Origin: Candidatus Krumholzibacteriia bacterium
Lineage (GTDB): Bacteria; Krumholzibacteriota; Krumholzibacteriia; LZORAL124-64-63
Assembly: GCA_046484865.1 (NCBI GenBank)
Contig: JAWOID010000126.1
Span: 1-24,055 of the forward strand
Length of the DNA stretch: 24,055 bases
Direction of reading: 5' to 3'
Shown here: piece after piece, positions 17,411 through 24,055 of the stretch
Layout: every line of letters begins with the position of its first letter
How positions within the stretch are numbered: position 1 is the first letter of the stretch
The notes under the pieces: generated by a model
What the model saw: the letters and a program-made list of their open reading frames with translations, nothing else
Database searches by the model: none
Told to the model about the DNA's origin: nothing
Translations under genes and position numbers: made by a program

Positions 17411-18687
17411 GCGGTCGAGCGGATGAAGCTCCCGGCGGCACCGCGCGCAGGCTGCTGCGGCGGGTGACCCCGGCGCCGGCCTGGCGGGCGGGGCGCGACG
17501 TCCGTGACCTCCTGCGCAGCGCCGCCGCTCGCCACCGTGCCGCCGCCCGTCTGCGCGCCCTGCGCGCCTTCGGCTCCTGGCGCATGCGCCGGGCGGGCCT
17601 GACGCGCGCCGCCGGCGCCCGCGAGGTGGTGGGCGTGTGCCTGCTGGAGCATCTGGGCGACATCGTCGCGGCCGAACCCGTTGCCGGGCACGTCCGCTCG
17701 CGACACCCCGACGCGGTTCTGGTCTGGGTGGTCTCGCGACGCTACGCCGACCTGGTGCGCCACCATCCGCAGGTGGACGCGATCCTCGAGCTGGGTTGCC
17801 TGACCGAGTGGATCCACCTGCGCGAGCGGAGGCTCTTCGACCGTCTCTACGACCTGAACCTGCACGGACGCGACTGCGCCGTGTGCCACGTGCCGCTGCA
17901 GCGCCCTCCTCAGGAGCGCACCGTCACGGTGAAGAACTACTACGACCATGGTTGTCTGCTGGATGTCTTCTGCGCGGCTGCCGGCCTGCCGCGCCTCGCG
18001 GCGGCGCCCCGTCTGCACCTGCCGCCCGCCGCCGAGGCGGCCGCCGAAGCCCTGTCGTTGCCGCCGCGGTTCGTCACGATCCACGGCCGCAGCCACCAGG
18101 ACGCGCGCGACTGGCGCCCGGAACGCTGGCGCGCCCTGGTCGAGGCGCTGGTGCAAGAACATGGGGTCAGCGTGGTGGAGGTGGGCCTGCAGAGCGCGCT
18201 GGACCGGCCGCCGCGGGACGCCGCCGGCGCCCGGACGTCGATCGCCGGCGGCGCCGACCGTCCGGCCGTCGCCGGTGCGACCGTGGCCGGTGCGGCCGTG
18301 GCCGGTGCGACCGTGGCCGGTCCGGTCGCCGCCGAAGAGGCGGCCGCGCGCTACGTGGACCTGTGCGGGCGTCTGTCCCTGGCCCAGACAGCCGCCGTGG
18401 TGCGGCGGGCCGAACTGTTCGTGGGCATCGACAGCGGACCCGCGCACCTGGCCGCAGCGGCGGGCGTGTCGGGGGTGGTGCTGCTGGGCCACTATCGCCA
18501 CTACCGCAGCTACGTCCCCTACAGCGGGCCGTGGGCCGACGGCAGCGGCGCCGACCTCGTCCGCAACTTTGACGGACCGGCGGCCGACCTGCCGGTGGAG
18601 CGGGTGCTCGCGGCGGTGCTCCGGCGCCTGGATGCCGCCGGCCGCGACCGTCCCGCCGGTGCGTTGCCGGACGGGGGCCGCCGATGA
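17407..18687 (+). CDS. glycosyltransferase family 9 (heptosyltransferase-like)
   Basis: GTG start at a GTGA overlap (17407); HLGDIV, HHPQVD, RDWRPERW, DLCGRLSL, FVGIDSGPAHLAAA. Confidence 0.87.
   Translation: MSGRADEAPGGTARRLLRRVTPAPAWRAGRDVRDLLRSAAARHRAAARLRALRAFGSWRMRRAGLTRAAGAREVVGVCLLEHLGDIVAAEPVAGHVRSRHPDAVLVWVVSRRYADLVRHHPQVDAILELGCLTEWIHLRERRLFDRLYDLNLHGRDCAVCHVPLQRPPQERTVTVKNYYDHGCLLDVFCAAAGLPRLAAAPRLHLPPAAEAAAEALSLPPRFVTIHGRSHQDARDWRPERWRALVEALVQEHGVSVVEVGLQSALDRPPRDAAGARTSIAGGADRPAVAGATVAGAAVAGATVAGPVAAEEAAARYVDLCGRLSLAQTAAVVRRAELFVGIDSGPAHLAAAAGVSGVVLLGHYRHYRSYVPYSGPWADGSGADLVRNFDGPAADLPVERVLAAVLRRLDAAGRDRPAGALPDGGRR
18256..18330 (+). repeat. 15-bp tandem repeat (GCCGGTGCGRCCGTG) encoding AGATV/AGAAV inside GT9
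   Basis: Three near-identical units at 18271-18315 plus degenerate flanking units. Confidence 0.85.
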
Positions 18688-19610
18688 AGGCGCAGCCCCT
18701 GGTCTCGGTGGTCGTGCCCACGTACGGGCACGCGGCCCTGGTGGAGGAGACGCTCGCCTCGATCTTCGCCCAGGAGTACCCGGCCGTGGAGGTGATCGTC
18801 GTGGACGACGGCTCGCCCGACGACACCGCCGAGCGCCTCGCCCCGCTGGCCGAACGTGGCCGCATCCGGTTGCTCCGGCAGGAGAACCGCGGCCAGGCCG
18901 CGGCGCGCAACCGCGGATTGAGCGAGGCGAGGGGCGAGCTGGTGGCGTTCCTGGACGACGACGATCTGTGGCCCCCCGACAAGCTCTCCTGGCAGGTGCC
19001 GCTGCTGGATGATCCGACGGTGGCGATGGTGTACGGAGACTACGTGAAGCTCATGCCGGACGGCAGCGAACGCTCCCTGGGGCACGCCCGGAAGCCGCAG
19101 GGGCGGGTGCACCGGCAGTTCCGGCGGCGCAACTGGCTGCTCTCGCCTGGACAGGCGCTCATGCGGACGGCGGCCGTCCGTCGCTGCGGCAGCTTCGACG
19201 AGACCATCTGGGGTTCGGACGACTGGGATCTCTACATCCGGCTCGCGACGGTGGGGGAATTCCGTTGGGAGCCGCGGACGGCCCTGCGCTACCGGGTGCA
19301 CGCGGGAGCGGCCTCGCGCGACGCGCTGCGGCACGTGCGCAACCACCTGTCGGTCGTGCGACGGCACATCGGCTGGAACCTGCCGCTGCTGATCCAGCAT
19401 CAGCGCCTGGCGGCGGGATACTTCGTGCCCAACCTGCAACGCTACGCCCGCGAGCGGCGCCAGGCCGGCGACGAGGCGAACGCGCGGCGGGCCGAACTCT
19501 ACGCGCTGGCGTTCCGTCCCGAACTGCTCGCGAAATCCGGATACTTGAGGTCGCTGGCGGCCGAAATCCGGCGGCTGCGGGTGCGGTCTGCGACGACACC
19601 GGGCGCCTGA
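18684..19610 (+). CDS. glycosyltransferase family 2
   Basis: VSVVVPTY, VIVVDDGSPD, NRGQAAARNRG, AFLDDDDLW, SDDWDL; ATGA overlap with GT9. Confidence 0.92.
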   Translation: MKAQPLVSVVVPTYGHAALVEETLASIFAQEYPAVEVIVVDDGSPDDTAERLAPLAERGRIRLLRQENRGQAAARNRGLSEARGELVAFLDDDDLWPPDKLSWQVPLLDDPTVAMVYGDYVKLMPDGSERSLGHARKPQGRVHRQFRRRNWLLSPGQALMRTAAVRRCGSFDETIWGSDDWDLYIRLATVGEFRWEPRTALRYRVHAGAASRDALRHVRNHLSVVRRHIGWNLPLLIQHQRLAAGYFVPNLQRYARERRQAGDEANARRAELYALAFRPELLAKSGYLRSLAAEIRRLRVRSATTPGA

Positions 19611-22543
19611 TCCGGGTCGTCCCGCCGCCCGGGCGGCGCCGTGAGCTCCGGCTCCCACTCCAACACCGCGCCCTGACGGGTCTCCAGCAAGCGCGGCAGG
19701 ACGCGCTCCACGGCGGATCGGACCGGTTCGTCGCCCGCGGCGGGCGTCTCCTCGGCGGTCTCCAGGATCCTTTGCAGCACGGACGTGCGCACGAGCAGCG
19801 GGCTGAGGTGGCGGGTCAGACCGTCTCGCTCGAGCTGCACCCAGGCGAGATCGTCCTGCCGCACGAGCATGCCGACGGCCCGGGCCAGACTCGCGGGCGG
19901 CCACGCGCCTCCGCCGCCGATCGCCACCAGCCCGTCGTGGACCTCCAGCAGCATGCGCGGTGGTGCGAGCCTCGGATACAGTGGCGACTCGTCGTCCGCG
20001 ATCCGCGCGGTGAGCCGTACCCTCTCTGCGGCCTCGTCGCCGTTCGGCGCCATCAGCAGCACCCGGGGCGGCTCCTGCCGGCCTGCTGCCAGGTCGGCCC
20101 AGCTGCGCACCTCGTAGCTCCGCTCCAGCGGATAGTTGCCGTCGGGCAGGGCCGGGAAGCCGGCGGCGGGCGCGGAGAGATCGGGCGCCGGACACCGGTA
20201 CGCGAGCAGGCGCAGGGCCGCCGCCGCGGCAGGTTCCACCGCGAGATCGCGCAGGCAGTAATGAGGGCGACACGTCCAGCGCTTGCAGGGGGCGCACGGT
20301 ACGTCGCGCCGCAAGGCGATCGCCGGGGCTCGACCCAGCGGATACGGCTCCCAGCGCCGGGGGTTCTCCGGGCCGAGCAGCGCCAGCAGCGGGCGGCCGG
20401 CGGCCCTCGCCAGATGCATGATCCCGGTGTCGTTGCACACCACCACGTCGGACCGCGCGATCAGCGCCAGCAGCCCCTCGAGATCGGTGTTGCCTGCCAG
20501 GTCGTGCACCCGCTCGCGGAGTTCGGCCGGGACGCCCCCCGCCACCTGGCCGGTAAGCGGGCGTTCGGATCCGGTGCCGGACAGGGCCACGCGGGCGTCC
20601 GGACGCTCGGCCAGGACCCGCGTCGCCAGCTCGGCGAAGCGGTCGGCGGGCCACCGCCGCGAGGGACGCTGGGAACCGGGATGCAGCATGATCAGCGGCG
20701 AGCCGACCGGAATACCGAGCCGGGCCATCGCGTCCGCGCTCGCCGCCGGCGACGGCAGCCCGTCCTCGAGCACGGGCATGCGCTCGCCACCCACCACCGT
20801 GCAGCCGACGGCCTCCGCCACCGCCAGGTTCAGGTCCACCTGGTGCCGCCAGTTGTCCGCCGCCACCGCCGGGTGCAGCAGCCCTTGCATCCTGTGGCCG
20901 TCGACGAGGCCCGCATGGCGAGGCGCGCCGGCGAAGAAGGCCTCCCGGACGACGCCGAAGGCAGCACCGCTGATCACCAGGTCGTAGCGTTTGCGGACCA
21001 GCCGGAGGCAGGCCGCCAGCCGTTCGCGGTCCTGGCTACCCCGCGGCAACTCGATGACCTTCACGTCGTCCACCAGATCGGGGCCCAGCAGGGGGCGTGG
21101 GTCCCAGGCCGGCTCGCGACCCAGACCCAGATCGAGGCGCGCGTCGGGGAACTGCCGGCGCAGCGCCCGCAGCATCGGCAGCAGCAGCACCAGGTCGCCC
21201 ATGCGGCTGCGCTGGGCCACGAGGATGCGCTCGACCCGGCGCGGTGGCTTCCCGGTCGCCAGCCGCTCGAGCATGCGGCCGCCCTGGTAGATCCGGCCGG
21301 CCAGGCGCGACGCCGCGCGTACGGTGCGGCCGCGTCTCTCCAGCGACGGTCGGTCACGGCCGACCGCCGCGAGCGCCTTCGTCTCGGTCCGGCGTCGTAG
21401 GCTCACGGACTTGGCTTCCCTCAGCCGCTCCTCCAGTTCATCCACCCGCCGATCCCAGCTGTTATCCCCGGCCCGCTGCAGACGAGCCTCGCGCCCGCGG
21501 TGCGGGGCGCTCAAGACTCGCTCCAGGGCGCTCCCGAAGGCCTCTGGACCGGACGCCAGCTCGATGACGTCGTCGCACCAGGCGAGCCCGTCCAGCGGCG
21601 TGGCCACCACCGGCAAGCCGGTGGCGAGATACTCGAAGACCTTCAGCGGATTGCACGAGCGGGTCAGTTCGGTGCGCCGGTAGGGGACGATGCACGCGTC
21701 GACCTCTCGCAGGACGCGCGGGAGATCGGCGTACGGCTGATAGCCGAGCACGTGGATGTTGGGGACGGCCGCCATCCGGCTCACGTCGGTGCCGGGCCGC
21801 ACGCGGCCGGCCAGGACCAGCTGCCACCGGGGCCGCGCTCGTGCCAGCGCGACCAGGAGATCCTGGTCCATGCGCTCGTCCACCTGGCCGACGAAGGCGA
21901 TGCGCGGGCGCGGCAGGGTGCTCACCCGTTCGTGGCCGTCGACGCTCGCGAGATGCTCGGGAGAGAAGTGCGTCACGTCGGCGCCGTTGGGCAGATAGTA
22001 GCTCACGGGGTTGACCGTGGCGAACCGCCGGGCCAGCCGGCGGCTGACGCCCAGAGCCACGTCCACGTACCGGAGCATGGCCTCTTCTTGGGCGCGCACG
22101 AGCCGTTGCGTCTCCGGAGCCCGCGCGCCGGTGACCGTCATCTCGTCCACGGCGTAGTAGATGGAGCCGTCGGTCCGCAACTGCCGCAGCAGCGGCAGCG
22201 CCGGGGGTCGCAGCGCCAGCGCGACCGGGGCCGTGAAGCCTCGGGCATCGATGATGCCCTGCAGGACGGAAGGATAGCGAAGCTGGTTCAATCGCCATCT
22301 CAGCCACGGAGCATAGCGATAGGTGAAGACATGCAACTCGCCGGGGCCCTCGTACCGGAGCCCGATCTGGTGCCGGACGGGGGTGAGGGCGCGAAACTGC
22401 TCCCGCGGTCCGGACACCTCGCGCGACCAGTGGGAATCGACGTACAGCACACGATGCCCGCGGGCCGCCAGCCGCGTCATCAATTGCTGCTTGCCGGTCC
22501 AGCAATAGTCCCAGTTCTGCTGCCCGAAACAGACGATGTCCAT
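19499..22543 (-). CDS. bifunctional glycosyltransferase: N-terminal GT4/TuaH-like GT-B domain fused to a GT9 domain, plus C-terminal extension, 1014 aa
   Basis: Start MDIVCF at 22543. GT4-like part: QQLMTRLA.RGHRVLYVD, YYAVDE, PNGAD, NPLKVFEYLATGLPVV. GT9 part: RMGDLVL, HPGS..RRWP, DLAGNT, NDTGIMHLA, CAPC. Confidence 0.85.
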   Translation of the reverse strand: MDIVCFGQQNWDYCWTGKQQLMTRLAARGHRVLYVDSHWSREVSGPREQFRALTPVRHQIGLRYEGPGELHVFTYRYAPWLRWRLNQLRYPSVLQGIIDARGFTAPVALALRPPALPLLRQLRTDGSIYYAVDEMTVTGARAPETQRLVRAQEEAMLRYVDVALGVSRRLARRFATVNPVSYYLPNGADVTHFSPEHLASVDGHERVSTLPRPRIAFVGQVDERMDQDLLVALARARPRWQLVLAGRVRPGTDVSRMAAVPNIHVLGYQPYADLPRVLREVDACIVPYRRTELTRSCNPLKVFEYLATGLPVVATPLDGLAWCDDVIELASGPEAFGSALERVLSAPHRGREARLQRAGDNSWDRRVDELEERLREAKSVSLRRRTETKALAAVGRDRPSLERRGRTVRAASRLAGRIYQGGRMLERLATGKPPRRVERILVAQRSRMGDLVLLLPMLRALRRQFPDARLDLGLGREPAWDPRPLLGPDLVDDVKVIELPRGSQDRERLAACLRLVRKRYDLVISGAAFGVVREAFFAGAPRHAGLVDGHRMQGLLHPAVAADNWRHQVDLNLAVAEAVGCTVVGGERMPVLEDGLPSPAASADAMARLGIPVGSPLIMLHPGSQRPSRRWPADRFAELATRVLAERPDARVALSGTGSERPLTGQVAGGVPAELRERVHDLAGNTDLEGLLALIARSDVVVCNDTGIMHLARAAGRPLLALLGPENPRRWEPYPLGRAPAIALRRDVPCAPCKRWTCRPHYCLRDLAVEPAAAAALRLLAYRCPAPDLSAPAAGFPALPDGNYPLERSYEVRSWADLAAGRQEPPRVLLMAPNGDEAAERVRLTARIADDESPLYPRLAPPRMLLEVHDGLVAIGGGGAWPPASLARAVGMLVRQDDLAWVQLERDGLTRHLSPLLVRTSVLQRILETAEETPAAGDEPVRSAVERVLPRLLETRQGAVLEWEPELTAPPGRRDDPDQAPGVVADRTRSRRISAASDLKYPDFASSSGRNASA

Positions 22544-22850
22544 GCTGTGCGAGCAACTCCCCTGTCTGCGCGTCCAGCGGGTGCGGTGTTGCCGAGATGT
22601 CCAGATCCTACCCTCTACGGTCGGGATTATCGCTAGGGTGAACCCTGATCCTTGCTCCACTCCATCATTCGGCGACCCGGTGCGTCGATCGGCTGACGCT
22701 GCCCGTCTCGGGCTTCGAGGCCGCTCATTTCCTTTTGCCGGCACGAGCCAGCATCGCTAGGGTGTCCCGTTGAACGGCTGGCGTCCCGGGGAGTCGTGCC
22801 GGGACGAGCCGGAGGCGATGGGAGGCTTCGCCAGCGCAGGGGGTAGCAGC

Positions 22851-23747
22851 ATGAGCACCGAGCAGGGCCCGCCGGGGTCCTCGTCCATTCCGAGAACCCG
22901 GCTGGCGGTCGACCTCGACGATCGTTTCCTGCATGCTTTCCGCCTGGCGGCCCTGCAGGCGGGTGCGGTCGCTCGGCGGCTGCAGGGCGAGATCGCCGCG
23001 CTCCAGAAGTCGGGCGAACGGTCGCCCGAGGGGGCCGCCCTCACCGCCGCCGATCTGGCGACCCAGGATCTGATCCTGCTGCTGCTGCAGAGCGAGTTTC
23101 CCGACCTGGCCGTCGATGCGGAGGAGGATACGGCCACCCGCGACCTGTTCCAGCCCGAAGGCACGGGTCGTCCGGTGTGCGTGGTTGACCCCATCGACGG
23201 CACCTACAACTACGCCCGCGGCTCGCGCGACTACGCCGTGATGGGCGGCTGGCTGCGCGACGAGGCGTTCCAGGCGGCCGTCGTGCACTTCCCCGCCTGG
23301 GGCGAGAGCGAACGCGGGCACACGTTCTGGGGCAGTCGCGGCGGTGGTGCATGGTTCCAGGAGGGTGACGGCCCGCCGCTGCCGGCGCGCCTGGACGCTC
23401 CCCGCAACCGGATCCTGGTGGCCCCGTATCTGGAACGCACCCTGGGCGACGCCCGGTTGCAGCGCTTGACCGACGAGGGGTTCGAGGTCGAGATCTCGCG
23501 ATGCTCGGCCGTGGACGCCACCGCCCCGGTGAACGGGCGCGCCGCGGCTGCAGCGGCGCCCGGACCCAGCAGCCGCCGGCGGCCGAGCGGGCTCTACGTC
23601 ACGCTGTGTGCGGGCGGGACCGTGCTGGTGGACGGTCGACCGTGGCACGGCGAGGACCCCCGGGCGGGGATGATCGGTGCCGGCGTCGTCGTGACGGCCG
23701 CCGACCCGGTGCTGGCGCGGCGGATCCACGACCTCCTCACCCGTTAG
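22851..23747 (+). CDS. inositol monophosphatase (FIG superfamily) protein, atypical
   Basis: LTAADLATQ, AEED, VDPIDGTYNY, RGGGAW, CAGG. The C-terminal WD motif is absent. Start could also be 22818 or 22770. Confidence 0.8.
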   Translation: MSTEQGPPGSSSIPRTRLAVDLDDRFLHAFRLAALQAGAVARRLQGEIAALQKSGERSPEGAALTAADLATQDLILLLLQSEFPDLAVDAEEDTATRDLFQPEGTGRPVCVVDPIDGTYNYARGSRDYAVMGGWLRDEAFQAAVVHFPAWGESERGHTFWGSRGGGAWFQEGDGPPLPARLDAPRNRILVAPYLERTLGDARLQRLTDEGFEVEISRCSAVDATAPVNGRAAAAAAPGPSSRRRPSGLYVTLCAGGTVLVDGRPWHGEDPRAGMIGAGVVVTAADPVLARRIHDLLTR

Positions 23748-23928
23748 CCCGGATTATTCATGAGCGGCCGTAGCGAGGATGAGGAAAATGCCCGCCAGAA
23801 CACGACCTCGCAAGGATCGGCGAGGGAGGCGTACCCGATGCGCGACGTTGACCGAGCCGATCCGAGAAGGCGTGTTCTGGCGGGCATTTGACCAGCCGCA
23901 GCAGGCCGCTCATGAATCATCCTGGCTA
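23745..23928. mobile_element. non-autonomous MITE-like element with terminal inverted repeats and probable TA target duplication
   Basis: TAGCCCGGATTATTCATGAGCGGCC (23745-23769) versus the reverse complement of 23904-23928, 23/25 identical. Nested perfect 19-bp IR (23786-23804/23871-23889) and 8-bp IR (23814-23821/23856-23863). No transposase. Confidence 0.8.
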
Positions 23929-24055
23929 GTCGCCGAAGCCGAGCCGGCGGTTCAACTCCATGATCAGCTCGCGGGCCGCGTCCGGAATCACCGTGCCGGG
24001 CCCGAAGATCGCCGCGGCGCCGTGCTCGCGCAGCTGGGCGTAATCCTGTGCCGGG
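23926..24055 (-). CDS. scpA: 3' end of methylmalonyl-CoA mutase (cobalamin-binding C-terminus), partial
   Basis: Manual translation PAQDYAQLREHGAAAIFGPGTVIPDAARELIMELNRRLGFGD*; (I)PxQDY...G.AAIFGPGT.I is the MCM large-subunit C-terminal signature. Not in the ORF track. Confidence 0.82.
   Translation of the reverse strand, partial: PAQDYAQLREHGAAAIFGPGTVIPDAARELIMELNRRLGFGD

Overview
High-GC bacterial window; the FlgD-Ig/T9SS-type C-terminal domain and secreted beta-propeller suggest an FCB-superphylum lineage (inference). It contains, in order: (i) a secreted multidomain S8 protease; (ii) a compact minus-strand four-gene operon linked by three ATGA overlaps, encoding a membrane acyltransferase-3 fused to a CBM-like periplasmic domain, a BcsA-like GT2 synthase with a degenerate PilZ region, a membrane-anchored clan GH-A hydrolase and a TPR plus ~16-strand beta-barrel; (iii) a beta-propeller gene and yqaE; (iv) a wzm/wzt surface-polysaccharide locus with an FkbM-like protein, GT9, GT2 and a convergent GT4-GT9 fusion; (v) an atypical inositol-monophosphatase-family gene; (vi) a ~180-bp structured MITE inserted at the stop codons of that gene and a convergent methylmalonyl-CoA mutase. 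The four-gene operon is preceded by a sigma54-like promoter, has no BcsB, and looks like a non-canonical synthase-dependent system for an acylated beta-glycan. It is the best candidate for an undescribed system. All calls come from reading motifs by eye; no database searches were run.
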